The position numbers and the translations under genes were made by a program. DNA of 64,000 nucleotides from contig CAVSGP010000005.1 of assembly GCA_963727505.1 (NCBI GenBank), positions 96,001-160,000 on the forward strand, read 5' to 3'. The notes under the pieces are model-generated. The model was given only the letters and a program-made list of their open reading frames with translations. It was not told the origin of the DNA and did not search any database. Position 1 is the stretch's first letter. Every line of letters starts with the position of its first letter. Shown here in pieces: positions 39,164 to 49,662 of the stretch. The stretch is from an uncultured Trueperaceae bacterium. GTDB taxonomy: Bacteria > Deinococcota > Deinococci > Deinococcales > Trueperaceae.

Positions 39164-40570
39164 CTAGCGGGCGCCTGCGTCCGGCCCGAAGGGAGGAGGC
39201 GCCGCCGCCGTTATGGGCGCCAGGGCGGCCAGCGCATCGGCGAGTCCCAGCAGCGCCGCATCCTCGCCTCGCGCCCCGGCGAGCTGCAGGCCGACCGGCA
39301 GTCCCTCGGCGGCGTTGAATGGAACAGCGATGGCGGGGGCGCCGACGACGTTGAAGGGCCCGCTGAAGTGCATCTCTGTGGCGCCCTCCTCGCCACTCAC
39401 GACCGGATCCTCGGCCGGAGCAACGGTGTTGACCGCCGGCATGAGCAGGCCGTCGAGGCGCGCGAGCAGACCGTCGAAGTCGGCGATGAGCGAGTGTCGC
39501 GTCTCGAGCGCACGCAGGTAGCGGACGGCGGGCACGGTGAACCCTAGGTCGAGCTGGGCCCGTGTGGCGGGGGCATAGCCCGATGGGTCGTCACGCATGT
39601 ACTGTTGGTGTAGCACACTTGCTTCGGGGTAGAGGATGTCGAGAAGGGCTTCGTTGGCGTGTTCCAGCTCACCCAGCGGCGCGTCGACCACGACGGCGCC
39701 GGCCCGGACGAGTGCCCGCTCGGCCGCGTCCAGGGCGGCACGCACGGGCGGCTCGAGCTCCACGGCGTCCACGTAGGCGCGGGGCACGCCGATGCGGAGG
39801 CCGCGCAGGCGGTCCGGATCCGGGCTCCCGGGCACGCCGGCGACGCGATGCGTCGCGCGTCCGGGGGCCGTGCCCGGGGCGCCGGCCATCACGGCCAACA
39901 GATCGGCGACGTCGGCCGCCGATCGTGCCAGGGCCCCGACGTGGTCGAGCGTCCAGGACAGGGGGAAGACGCCCTCCACGGGAACGCGGCCGTAGCTCGG
40001 CTTGTGGCCGAATACGCCGCAGTACGAGGCCGGGATGCGGATCGAGCCGCCGGTATCGGTGCCGATCGCGAGCGGCGCGAGCCCCGCGGCGACGGCCGCC
40101 GCGCTGCCGCCCGAGGAGCCCCCGGCGGTGCGCTGCAGATCGTGGGGGTTGCGGGTGGGGCCGACCTCGGGATGGACCGCGCCGTAGGCGTACTCCAGAA
40201 GGTTGGTCTTGCCGAGCAGCACGGCGCCAGCTTCCCGCAGGCGGGCGACGACCGCGGCGTCGCGCTCGGCGCGCTCTACGCGGCCGACGCGCGAGCCGAA
40301 GCCGGTGGGGGCGCCCTCCACCGCCATGAGGTCCTTCACGAGCACCGGGACGCCGTGGAGCGGGCCGCGGTCCTCGCCTGCGGCAAGGGCCCGGGTCGCG
40401 CGCTCCGCCTGGGCTCGTGCGCCGTCGGCGAGCACGACGGCGAAGGCGTTGAGGTAGGGCTCGAGCGAGGCGATCCGTTCGAGGAGCGCCTCCGTGACGG
40501 CGAGCGGCGTGGTCTCGCCGGAACGGTAGAGCGCCGCGAGCTCGCGGGCGGACGCGAAGAACGGGTTCAC
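39164..40570 (-). CDS. Amidase-signature family protein
   Basis: VKDL, GGSSGGS and GTDTGGSIRIPAS; GTG start inferred. Confidence 0.9.
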   Translation of the reverse strand: MNPFFASARELAALYRSGETTPLAVTEALLERIASLEPYLNAFAVVLADGARAQAERATRALAAGEDRGPLHGVPVLVKDLMAVEGAPTGFGSRVGRVERAERDAAVVARLREAGAVLLGKTNLLEYAYGAVHPEVGPTRNPHDLQRTAGGSSGGSAAAVAAGLAPLAIGTDTGGSIRIPASYCGVFGHKPSYGRVPVEGVFPLSWTLDHVGALARSAADVADLLAVMAGAPGTAPGRATHRVAGVPGSPDPDRLRGLRIGVPRAYVDAVELEPPVRAALDAAERALVRAGAVVVDAPLGELEHANEALLDILYPEASVLHQQYMRDDPSGYAPATRAQLDLGFTVPAVRYLRALETRHSLIADFDGLLARLDGLLMPAVNTVAPAEDPVVSGEEGATEMHFSGPFNVVGAPAIAVPFNAAEGLPVGLQLAGARGEDAALLGLADALAALAPITAAAPPPFGPDAGAR

Positions 40571-40745
40571 GGGCGCGCCGTTATCGCTCGCAGGGCGGGA
40601 CCGAACGGGAGGACAGGTACCGACATGGCCACCTCCTGAATAGGTGGAGCCATCGTGACCCGTGCGCGGGGCCGTTGCCAAGCGCTGGCACGGAGCCGCT
40701 CGGCGGTGGCCATGAGGGGCCTCGGTGGGGTATGAGGAGAGGGAC

Positions 40746-42035
40746 ATGAGCACTCCCAGCGGCCGCCGTGAAGTGGTGATCGTCAGCGCCGTGCGCACGC
40801 CCATCGGGCGCATCCGCGGCGCCCTCTCCGACGTGCGACCCGACGACCTGGCGGCCATCGCGATCAAGGAGGCGGTGGTCCGGGCCGGCGTGCCGACGGG
40901 CGCCGTCGAGGAGGTCTACCTGGGCTGCGCCAACCAGGCCGGCGAAGACAACCGCAACGTGGCGCGCATGGCGCTGCTGCTGGCTGGTTTGCCCGACACG
41001 GTGGCCGGCGTGACCCTCAACCGTCTCTGCGCCAGCGGCCTCAACGCCGTCAATCAGGCGGCGCGCGCCATCGCCCTGGGCGAGGGCGACGTGTTCGTGG
41101 CCGGTGGCGTGGAGAGCATGACGCGCGCCCCCTACTCGCTCCCGAAGAACGCCCGCGCCTTCGGACCGTCGGGGAACGTCACCGCCTGGGACACCACGCT
41201 CGGCTGGCGCTATCCCAACCCGGCGCTGGAGGCCCTGTACCCGCTGGAGGCGATGGGCGAGACCGCCGAGAACATCTACGAGCGGAGCCTCGAGGGGTCG
41301 GTGGCCGGCGGCGAGATCACCCGCGAGGAGCAGGACGCTTTCGCCCTGGAGAGCCACCGGCGCGCGGTCGACGCCATCGACGGCGGCCGCTTCGACGACG
41401 AGATCGTGCCCGTCACCATCCCGCGCCGGCGCGGCGAGCCACGGATCGTCGACGTGGACGAGCATCCGCGCTACCGGCGGGAAGGCGACCGCTACGTCGT
41501 CGACACCGATCTGGAGGCGCTCGGCAAGCTGCGCCCCGCCTTCCGAGAGGGCGGGACCGTCACGGCGGGCAACGCCAGCGGCCTGAACGACGGCGCGGCG
41601 GCGCTGGTGCTGATGGCGGCGGAGACCGCCGCGGAGCTGGGCGTGGAACCGATCGCGCGCTGGCTGGCCTCCGGTGCGGCCGGCATCGACCCCAGGGTGA
41701 TGGGGCTGGGTCCGGTCGGAGCGGCCCGCAAGGCGCTGGAGCGGAGCGGTTTGAGCGTCGAGGACCTCGACCTGGTGGAACTCAACGAGGCGTTCGCGGT
41801 GCAGGCGCTGGCCGTGACGCGCGAGCTCGGCCTGAGCGAGGCGATCACCAACGTCAACGGCGGCGCCATCGCCCTGGGTCACCCGCTGGGCTGTTCCGGC
41901 GCGCGCATCCTCACGACGTTGCTGCACGAGATGCGGCGGCGCCGTCGCGCCGGTCAGCCCATGCGCTACGGCCTGGCCACGCTGTGTGTGGGCGTTGGGC
42001 AAGGCGAGGCGACGGTGGTGGAGCTCGCGGGATAG
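40746..42035 (+). CDS. Thiolase (acetyl-CoA C-acyltransferase, PcaF/PaaJ-like)
   Basis: [19 protein letters not shown] and LCVGVGQG. Confidence 0.93.
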   Translation: MSTPSGRREVVIVSAVRTPIGRIRGALSDVRPDDLAAIAIKEAVVRAGVPTGAVEEVYLGCANQAGEDNRNVARMALLLAGLPDTVAGVTLNRLCASGLNAVNQAARAIALGEGDVFVAGGVESMTRAPYSLPKNARAFGPSGNVTAWDTTLGWRYPNPALEALYPLEAMGETAENIYERSLEGSVAGGEITREEQDAFALESHRRAVDAIDGGRFDDEIVPVTIPRRRGEPRIVDVDEHPRYRREGDRYVVDTDLEALGKLRPAFREGGTVTAGNASGLNDGAAALVLMAAETAAELGVEPIARWLASGAAGIDPRVMGLGPVGAARKALERSGLSVEDLDLVELNEAFAVQALAVTRELGLSEAITNVNGGAIALGHPLGCSGARILTTLLHEMRRRRRAGQPMRYGLATLCVGVGQGEATVVELAG

Positions 42036-42080
42036 GAGCGGTTCGGAGCCGTGCCGGGAGCGTGGTGTGGGCCTGGACCC

Positions 42081-43472
42081 CTAACGCAGTGGCAGCGTTC
42101 CCGCCAGCGGCGACGGGTAGAAGGCGATCCCCATCGGATAGGTGACGTCGGACGAGGTGAGCCAGCTCGCCTGCACGGCGCTCGACGCCAGGAGATACCG
42201 GCCGAGCCGCCCCTGGTCTCCCGAGACCCACACGTTCCCGGCGGCGTCGATGGCGTTGGCGTCAGCAGCGGGCCCACCGCCCATGGCGGAGTCGGAGATG
42301 GTGGTCGGGGTTACCGACGTTGTCGTACCCGAACCGCCCAGGTCGCCCTGGGCATAGCGGTAGGTGCCGCCGCCCACCACCCACAGGTTGCCGGTGGCGT
42401 CGAACGCGAGCCCGGTGTAGCCGATGATCTCCGCGCCGCTCGTGCCACGGATCCGGTAGCCGGGCGTGATCGCCCCTCCGCTGCCGAGGCTCGTGGCGTC
42501 GTAGCGCACGAGCTGGACGTCGAGGGGCGCCACCGCCGCGTCGTCGACCACCACCCACAGGTCGCCGGACGCATCGAAGGCCATCGCCACGGGGTCGACC
42601 AGCACGGTTCCCGTGTAGCTGTACGCCGGCGCCGTCGTCACCGTGCCGCCGTCGAGCAGGAGCTGCCGCACCTGCGCTGCGGTGTACTCGAGGATCTGGT
42701 CGGCCTTGCGGTTCAGGACGTAGAGGTCGCCGGTGTCGTCGAAGGCGAGCTGGCCCGGGCCGTCGAAGGCAGCGGCACGGACGATGACGTCGGGCGTGGG
42801 GCTGCCGGAGCTCGCAAGCCTGGCCTGGTCGAACACCAGGAGCTGGCCGGCGACGTTCGGTCCGCCCACGGGATCGGACACCCACAAATCCCCGTGCGGC
42901 CCGAAGGCGATCTGGAACCCGTAGGTGGTGTTGAGCGTCGAGCCCGTCAGGTCGACGACAGCGGCGGCCGCCTGCGTGCCGCCGGCCGACAGGGCCGTCG
43001 CCGCGAAGCCGACCACCGCCCCGCCAATCTCGTTGCCGGCCCACAGCCGTTCGGATCCCGACTGCTTGACGTAGCTGCGGGTGATCGTGGCGGTCTGGCC
43101 GTCACGGACGCAGGCACTCACCACAGGCTGGCTGTTGGCGCCGTAGGCTGCGCCCACGAGCGCACCCCCGGCCGCCGTCTGCGCTACCCGCATCGTCTCC
43201 ACCACGTACGTTCCCGCGGCCAGGTTGGGAAGCGTCTGGCTGGCGTGCAGCGTCACCTGGTAGCCCCCCGGGCCGGCGATCCGTACATCCGGCGTGACGC
43301 CGCCCGCCGGGGTGACGGTCACCTCGAGCGTTCCCTGTCCGGTGGTGCTGCAGACCGTCGCGCCACCCCCGCCCCCGCCCGTCGAACAGGCCGAGAGACC
43401 GATGAGAACCGCCGGGGCGACGAGGATCCCCCACCAGCGGCGCGCGTGGCGTGCGTACGAGCGTCCGTGCAT
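42081..43472 (-). CDS. Lipoprotein with NHL/Vgb-like beta-propeller repeats
   Basis: Lipobox LSAC; repeated AFDxxGxLWV motifs; SD GGAGG. Confidence 0.8.
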   Translation of the reverse strand: MHGRSYARHARRWWGILVAPAVLIGLSACSTGGGGGGATVCSTTGQGTLEVTVTPAGGVTPDVRIAGPGGYQVTLHASQTLPNLAAGTYVVETMRVAQTAAGGALVGAAYGANSQPVVSACVRDGQTATITRSYVKQSGSERLWAGNEIGGAVVGFAATALSAGGTQAAAAVVDLTGSTLNTTYGFQIAFGPHGDLWVSDPVGGPNVAGQLLVFDQARLASSGSPTPDVIVRAAAFDGPGQLAFDDTGDLYVLNRKADQILEYTAAQVRQLLLDGGTVTTAPAYSYTGTVLVDPVAMAFDASGDLWVVVDDAAVAPLDVQLVRYDATSLGSGGAITPGYRIRGTSGAEIIGYTGLAFDATGNLWVVGGGTYRYAQGDLGGSGTTTSVTPTTISDSAMGGGPAADANAIDAAGNVWVSGDQGRLGRYLLASSAVQASWLTSSDVTYPMGIAFYPSPLAGTLPLR

Positions 43473-43815
43473 GCTTCCTCCCTCCCGGGGCCCCATCGGC
43501 CCCGGTCCGGCGCGCCGGCACACCCGGCACCGGCCAGGCGTCCGGCCCGCCGGCGCTGTCACCTCCGGTCGCCGAGGACGACCGGCGGGGCATCGAACAG
43601 CGCAACGAACAGGAACACGTAGGAGCAGGAGTCCAGCGTCGCCACCCCCTTCGGTTGTGGATGGCCCACGGTAGCACCGGCGGGGCGTCCGCACGGCTCT
43701 CCCGCACGGCTCTCCGCGGTGCCGGCGCACCGAGCTGCGCGTTCCGGGGCCGCGCCGCATACGACGCGGCCCCGGAACGGAGACGTTGAACGGAGATGGA
43801 GGGGTTGGCTGCGCC

Positions 43816-44919
43816 CTAGCTGGACGAAGGCAGCGACACGTGCTCGAGGGTCCAACCCCGGAGGGCGTCGAGCAGCTCGGGCATGAGCTTCGGGTCGAGC
43901 TCCCCGTACTCCTGGACGCCGCCGGTCCTGGCCTTCAGGAACAGGTGGTTGGCGCCGGCGATGGTGGTGATGTCCACCTGCTCGAGCCCGGCCGAGGCTT
44001 GGAGGCCTTCCAGCGCGCCGCGGTGCTGACCCAGGTCGACCTGCACGTCGTGATCGCCGAAGATGGCCAGTGCCGGCACCCGAACGGCGCGCCAGTACGG
44101 TGCGGGATCGTGGGTCACGAACCAGTGCATCCAGGTTCGTTGCTGGGCCATGGCGGGCGCCACGAGCGCGTCCAGTGCCGCGTTGGCGTCATCGCCGAAG
44201 GCGGCACGCCGCTCCGCGGGCATCGCTTCGAGCTGCGCTTTCGCGGTGGAGCGTAGCAAGGCCTCGAGCGCCCCCCAATCCGATGCGACGTTGAGCTCGA
44301 GCATCCTGCGCGTCGTCGCGACGGTCCCGGCCAGCTGCCCCGGAGGCGTGCCGGCTGCCTCCAGCATGCGCCGTTCCTGCGTCACGAGCCCCTCGATGGG
44401 CTCGGCCATGGGCGGCGCCAGCGCCACGAAGAAGGCCACGCCGGGGTCGCGTGAGGCGAGCATGGGCGCGATCAGCGCGCCTTCACTGTGCCCGACCAGG
44501 CCGACCTGCAGCGGATCGATGTCGGGGCGGCGTTGCACGAAGCGCAGCGCGGCCTGTGTGTCGTCGGCGAGGTCGCCGGTGGTGGCCGTGAGGTTGACGC
44601 CGGTAGAGGCGCCCGCGCCGCGGTCGTCGTAACGCAGCACGGCGATGCCTGCGTTCGAGAGGGCGGAGGCGATCTCGGCGAACGGCCGGTAGCCGTCGAT
44701 GCCGGGGATGGCGCCGTCGCGGTCCTGCGGACCGCTGCCGCTGATGAGGATCACGGCCGGATGGGGGCCGGGTCCCGGCGGCAGCGTGAGGGTACCGGCG
44801 AGGGTGGCGCCGGCGCTCGTGAAGCGCACCTCCACGTCACGCGGGGACTGCGCCAGGACCGAGCTCGTTAGCAGGGCAAGGCCCACCAGGATGAGGGACG
44901 GGCGTAGGGATCGCGTCAC
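43816..44919 (-). CDS. Secreted alpha/beta-fold hydrolase
   Basis: Signal peptide; SGSGPQDRD, RYDDRG, GHSEG, D.QV and ANHLF; SD AAGGAG. Confidence 0.88.
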   Translation of the reverse strand: MTRSLRPSLILVGLALLTSSVLAQSPRDVEVRFTSAGATLAGTLTLPPGPGPHPAVILISGSGPQDRDGAIPGIDGYRPFAEIASALSNAGIAVLRYDDRGAGASTGVNLTATTGDLADDTQAALRFVQRRPDIDPLQVGLVGHSEGALIAPMLASRDPGVAFFVALAPPMAEPIEGLVTQERRMLEAAGTPPGQLAGTVATTRRMLELNVASDWGALEALLRSTAKAQLEAMPAERRAAFGDDANAALDALVAPAMAQQRTWMHWFVTHDPAPYWRAVRVPALAIFGDHDVQVDLGQHRGALEGLQASAGLEQVDITTIAGANHLFLKARTGGVQEYGELDPKLMPELLDALRGWTLEHVSLPSSS

Positions 44920-45512
44920 GTCGGGCTCCTTCACAGCGCAGCGTTGGCGCGGGATCGTCGGGCGCCCCGGTGCGAGCGATCCAGGGCCGCCGACGCTCGC
45001 TTCCGACCGTAGCCCCGCGCCCGGCGCGCGCACAGGGACGGGCGTCCCCTGCGCGGCTCGAAACCGGGCGGGAAGCCGAATGTCCCTTGGTCACGACGGT
45101 CGCCCCGGTCTATCACTGGGGCGAGTGCACGAACGGTCGTCGATGCGCGTGCTGTCTCGGTAGGCATCGCCATCGTCCCGCGAGCGACCCCGGTGGGCCG
45201 TGATCGCGCGACCGGTGGGGGCGTGACGCGCGTTGCACGCTCGTTCCGGCCGGAGGCGTGGTCCGCCTACCTGACCGGCCGCGTAGAGTGTCGTCGAGGG
45301 GTATGAGGGAGGTGATCGGCGAGGCGGAGTGCTCGCGCACGCGGCGGGGGCCGGAGGCCCACGCCGCGCGGGGCGAAAGCGGGCTGTCAGCATTGAGGTC
45401 GAGCAGAGAGGGCAGCCGGGGGGCCCGATACGTTCGACCGCACCTTCGCGACATGCGCACCGGAGGCGTTCGCGCCACGGATGCGCGCCGCGCGATCACC
45501 GAAGGAGTAGGT

Positions 45513-46757
45513 ATGCAACGTATCCGTATCGTGCTGGCGCTACTGCTGGCCGGTCTCATCGGGATGGCCGTCGCTCAGGACGTCACGCTGCGAGCGCTGT
45601 TCATGCAGCAGGCGGCCTACAGCGACTCCGACGTCCGCAGCATGACCGCCGACTTCGAGCAGCAACACCCCGGCGTCAAGGTCGATATCGAGTTCGTCTC
45701 CTACGAGGCGTTGCACAACAAGATCATCACCGCGGCCGCGGCCGGCGGCGGCGGCTACGACGTGGTGCTCTTCGACGTCATCTGGCCCGCCGAGTTCGCG
45801 AAGAACAACGTCCTCGTGGACATCACCGATCGCCTGTCGCAGTCGATGATCGACCAGGTCGTTCCGGGTGCCTGGACGACCGTCACGTACGACAACCACT
45901 ACTACGGCATCCCGTGGATCCTCGACACCAAGTACCTGTTCTACAACAAGGACATGCTCCAGAAGGCGGGCATCATGGCGCCGCCGACCACCTGGCAGGA
46001 GTTGCTCGACCAGGCCCAGAAGATCAAGGACGCGGGCATCGTGCAGTACCCCATCGTGTGGAGCTGGGGCCAGGCCGAGGCCATCATCTGCGACTACACC
46101 ACCCTGCTTTCGGCCTACGGCGGCAGCTTCTTCGCCATGGGGCAGCCGGTGTTCAATTCCGACGGCGGCCTGCAGGCGCTGCAGTTCATGAAGCAGTCCC
46201 TCGATAAGGGGCTCTCCAACCCGGCCTCCACCGAGTCGCTGGAAGAGGACGTGCGCCGCATCTTCTCGTCGGGCCAGGCGGCCTTCGCGTTGAACTGGAC
46301 CTACATGTACAACCTCGCCAACGACCCCAAGGAGTCGCAGGTGGCGGGGCAGGTCGACGTCGTCCCGGCACCCGGTGACGGCACCCACTCGCAGGTCTCG
46401 GCCGTCAACGGCTCCATGGGGCTGGGCATCACCACGGGCTCGACGCACCCCGACCAGGCCTACCAGTACATCGAGTACCTGACCAGCCAGTCGGTGCAGG
46501 AGAAATACGCCAAGCTGTCGCTGCCGATCTGGAAGGCGTCGTACGACAACCCGGCCGTGGCCCAGGGTCAGGAGTCGCTGATCGCGGCCGCCAAGCAGTC
46601 GCTGGCCGCCATGTACCCGCGTCCGCTGCTCATCCAGTACCCTCAGTTCAGCACCTGGCTGCAGACCGACATCCACCGCGCGCTCCTGAACCAGGCGTCG
46701 CCGCAGGAGGCTCTCGACAACACCGCCAAGCAGGTCACGCAGAACCACCTCGAGTGA
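45513..46757 (+). CDS. Carbohydrate ABC substrate-binding protein
   Basis: Signal peptide; YDVVLFDVIW, YGIPW..D.KYLFYNK and PPTTWQEL; SD AAGGAG. Confidence 0.92.
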   Translation: MQRIRIVLALLLAGLIGMAVAQDVTLRALFMQQAAYSDSDVRSMTADFEQQHPGVKVDIEFVSYEALHNKIITAAAAGGGGYDVVLFDVIWPAEFAKNNVLVDITDRLSQSMIDQVVPGAWTTVTYDNHYYGIPWILDTKYLFYNKDMLQKAGIMAPPTTWQELLDQAQKIKDAGIVQYPIVWSWGQAEAIICDYTTLLSAYGGSFFAMGQPVFNSDGGLQALQFMKQSLDKGLSNPASTESLEEDVRRIFSSGQAAFALNWTYMYNLANDPKESQVAGQVDVVPAPGDGTHSQVSAVNGSMGLGITTGSTHPDQAYQYIEYLTSQSVQEKYAKLSLPIWKASYDNPAVAQGQESLIAAAKQSLAAMYPRPLLIQYPQFSTWLQTDIHRALLNQASPQEALDNTAKQVTQNHLE

Positions 46758-46829
46758 GGCCGCGCGTCGAACGGACGCGCGCCTCCAGGACCCGGAGAGT
46801 ACGAACCTGTGGCCGACGACCCTGAAGGC

Positions 46830-47744
46830 ATGGCTCGCCCCCGGCGCCCCCCCGCTCGTAGGAGCTGGGGGTTGCGTCGGGCGGCGTTGCCGTGGATGTT
46901 GCTGCTCCCCGCCCTGGTGGTGGTCGGCGGCGTCGTCGGCTATCCGTTCTTCCGCACCTTCTACCTGGGGTTCTTCAACGCACCGCTTCTCGGCAAGACC
47001 CGTACCTTCCTGGGTCTTGCCAACTATCTTCATGCCTTCCAGACGCAGGAATTTCGCGCCGCTATCGGGCACACGCTGCACTTCACGGTCGGCTCGATCG
47101 GATTGGAGCTGGTCCTGGGCGTGGCCGTGGCGCTGTTCCTCAACCGCGCCTTCCTGGGGCAGCGCTTCCTGCGCGCTCTGCTGATCCTGCCGCTGGCCCT
47201 GCCGACGGTGGTCAACGCGGTGATGTGGCGCTGGATCTACAATCCCGAGTACGGCGCGCTCAACGCGCTGCTCACGCAGCTCCACGTGCTGCCCGGCTAT
47301 CGCAGCTGGCTCGGCACCCCCGGCCTGGCCATGAACATGATCATCGTGGCCGACGTGTGGAAGAACTTCACGCTGGTCGCGCTGCTGGTGCTGGCGGCGC
47401 TGCAGACCATTCCGGTCGAGCTCCACGACGCTGCGCGCGTCGACGGCGCCAGTGGCTTCCAGCGCATGCGCTTCATCACCCTGCCAGGCATCCGTCCGGC
47501 GCTGCTGGTGGCGCTGGTGCTGCGCACGGTGGAGGCGTTGAAGGTGTTCGACATCATCTATGTGATGACCGGTGGTGGGCCGGCCAGTTCCACCAAGACG
47601 CTGTCGTTCATGGTCTACCAGGAGGCGTTCAGCTTCCTGAAGCTCGGCACGGCCGCCGCCGACGCCTTCCTGACCGTGGCGCTGATCATGGTGTTCGTGG
47701 GGATGTACATCCGGCTGCTGCAGTCGCGCGGGGTGGCGGGATGA
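46830..47744 (+). CDS. Carbohydrate ABC permease
   Basis: FLGLANY and EAA-like loop LHDAARVDGA. Confidence 0.92.
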   Translation: MARPRRPPARRSWGLRRAALPWMLLLPALVVVGGVVGYPFFRTFYLGFFNAPLLGKTRTFLGLANYLHAFQTQEFRAAIGHTLHFTVGSIGLELVLGVAVALFLNRAFLGQRFLRALLILPLALPTVVNAVMWRWIYNPEYGALNALLTQLHVLPGYRSWLGTPGLAMNMIIVADVWKNFTLVALLVLAALQTIPVELHDAARVDGASGFQRMRFITLPGIRPALLVALVLRTVEALKVFDIIYVMTGGGPASSTKTLSFMVYQEAFSFLKLGTAAADAFLTVALIMVFVGMYIRLLQSRGVAG

Positions 47745-48628
47745 GCCGGGCGAGCACGGGCGCCGCCGGCCGTGCTCGCGGCGCCCGCAGGCGCCGCGCC
47801 GGGCTGGAAGCGGTACTGACCTACCTCGGGGCCGTCTTGCTGGCGGCGTTCATCCTGGCGCCGTTCGTGTGGTTGCTCATCTCCAGCATCGCGCCGCTCA
47901 CCGACCTCTTGCAGCGGCCGCTGCACTGGATCCCGCCGCATGCGACCTGGGAGCGCTATCAGACGATCTTCTTCGGTGCCGACGGGCGCGAGTTCCGCTT
48001 CGCGCTGCGCAACAGCGCGTTCGTCGCCGGCATCGCCACATCCATCAGCCTGGTCGCCGGGATGCTCGGTGCCTACGCGCTGTCGCGCTTTCCGAGCCGT
48101 AGCCGCACGGGGCTGCTCTACCTGATGCTGGCGACCTATATGACGCCGCCCGTGGCGATCCTGCTGCCCATCTACCTGATCCTCAGCCGCCTCGGGATGC
48201 TCAACACCGTGATCGGCCTGGCGCTCGTCTACACCTCGTTCCTGACGCCTTTCCTGACGTGGATCCTGAAGGGCTTCTTCGACTCGATCCCGGTGGAGCT
48301 GGAGGAGTCCGCGATGATCGACGGCGCGACCCGGGTGGGAGCGCTTCGGCGCGTGACGCTGCCGCTGTCGCTTCCGGGCGTCATCACCGCCGTGCTGTTC
48401 GGGGTGATCCTCGCCTGGGACGAGTTCCTCTACGCGCTGATCTTCACGTCGTCGGTGGCGGCCAAGACGCTGCCGGTGGCCATCAGCGAGTTCACCTCGC
48501 GCCATGCCGTCGACTACGGTCTGATGGCGGCAGGGGGGATCGTCGCGGCGCTGCCGCCGCTCATCCTGGCGTTCGCGTTGCAGCGCTACCTCATCGCCGG
48601 CCTCACGGCCGGTAGCGTGAAGGGGTGA
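47741..48628 (+). CDS. Carbohydrate ABC permease
   Basis: ELEESAMIDGA, AWDEF and GLTAGSVKG. Confidence 0.92.
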   Translation: MSRASTGAAGRARGARRRRAGLEAVLTYLGAVLLAAFILAPFVWLLISSIAPLTDLLQRPLHWIPPHATWERYQTIFFGADGREFRFALRNSAFVAGIATSISLVAGMLGAYALSRFPSRSRTGLLYLMLATYMTPPVAILLPIYLILSRLGMLNTVIGLALVYTSFLTPFLTWILKGFFDSIPVELEESAMIDGATRVGALRRVTLPLSLPGVITAVLFGVILAWDEFLYALIFTSSVAAKTLPVAISEFTSRHAVDYGLMAAGGIVAALPPLILAFALQRYLIAGLTAGSVKG

Positions 48629-49662
48629 CCGTGGATCGACGAGCCCGGGAGATGGAACTGAGCGCCGCGTTGCGGCGCGAGATCGCCGGCCAGCAGGAGG
48701 CCGTCGCCATGGCGCTGCGCGACGGCGCCCTGGCCTGGCAGCTCGACGCGCTGGCGGCGGACGTGCGAGCGTCGGGGGAGCTGCTGGTGACGGGCATGGG
48801 CGCGTCGCTCCATGCCGGCATGATTTTGGCTGAGCTGCTCCGGGAGAAGGGTCTTCGCGCCTGGGCGCTACCGACCTCGGAGCTGCTGCACTACGGCGCG
48901 GCGTTGCCGGTGCGGCCGCTGCTCCTGATCAGCCAGTCGGGCGCTTCGGTCGAGATCGAGAGGATGCTGGCGCGCGACCGGGACGGCGTGCACGCCCTGA
49001 CCCTGGACGCGGCCAGCCCGCTGGGGCGCTTCGGCGCCGCCGTCATCCCGGGCGGTCCGGAGCGCGCCTACGCCGCCACCCGGTCGTTCACGACCACCCT
49101 GGCGGCGCTCTACGGGCTGGCCGGTCGCCTGGGCGTGAATGTGGACGTGCGCGGCCTGTCGGACACGCTGGCCCCGGCGCTCGCGCCGCTGGAGGCGCTG
49201 GACGCGGCACGCGCGACGCTGCAGGGCGTCGACGCCGTGTTCGTCACGGGCCGCGGTCCTCTGCACGGCCTGGCCGAGTACGTGGCGCTGCTGTTGATGG
49301 AGCTCACGCGCGTGCCGTGCGCTGCCCTCGAAGCCGCGCAGTTCCGCCACGGTCCCAAGGAGGCGGCGGACAGGCGCCTGGGTGTGGTGGCGCTGGCCGC
49401 CCAGGGGGGGCCGGGCGATCTGGTCCGGAACTTCGCGTCGGAGCTGTCGGAGGCGGGCAGCCCCACGGTGCTGCTCGATGCCGGCGGAGTGCTGGCGAAG
49501 GCGTCCGCGGTCGTGTCCGTAGCGCTGCCGCCGTCGGACGAGCTCGCCGCCGTGCTGCCGATGGCGGTGACCGCGCAGCGGCTTGCGGTGGCGCTGGCCG
49601 AGGCGCGGGGGATCACACCAGGGGTGCCGCTGCGTTCGGAGAAGGTGACGCGGGAGGAGTGA
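48625..49662 (+). CDS. Tandem SIS-domain sugar-phosphate isomerase/deaminase (GlmS-C/FrlB-like)
   Basis: GMGAS, ISQSGAS.E, ATRSF, FRHGP.E and KVTREE. Confidence 0.85.
   Translation: MTVDRRAREMELSAALRREIAGQQEAVAMALRDGALAWQLDALAADVRASGELLVTGMGASLHAGMILAELLREKGLRAWALPTSELLHYGAALPVRPLLLISQSGASVEIERMLARDRDGVHALTLDAASPLGRFGAAVIPGGPERAYAATRSFTTTLAALYGLAGRLGVNVDVRGLSDTLAPALAPLEALDAARATLQGVDAVFVTGRGPLHGLAEYVALLLMELTRVPCAALEAAQFRHGPKEAADRRLGVVALAAQGGPGDLVRNFASELSEAGSPTVLLDAGGVLAKASAVVSVALPPSDELAAVLPMAVTAQRLAVALAEARGITPGVPLRSEKVTREE

Noticed and set aside
39164..40570. gatA of the tRNA-dependent amidotransferase
   Set aside because: No gatB or gatC nearby, and the catabolic context favours a generic amidase.
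44920..45512. Known riboswitch or tRNA in the long intergenic region
   Set aside because: I could not recognise any conserved aptamer or cloverleaf motifs by eye.
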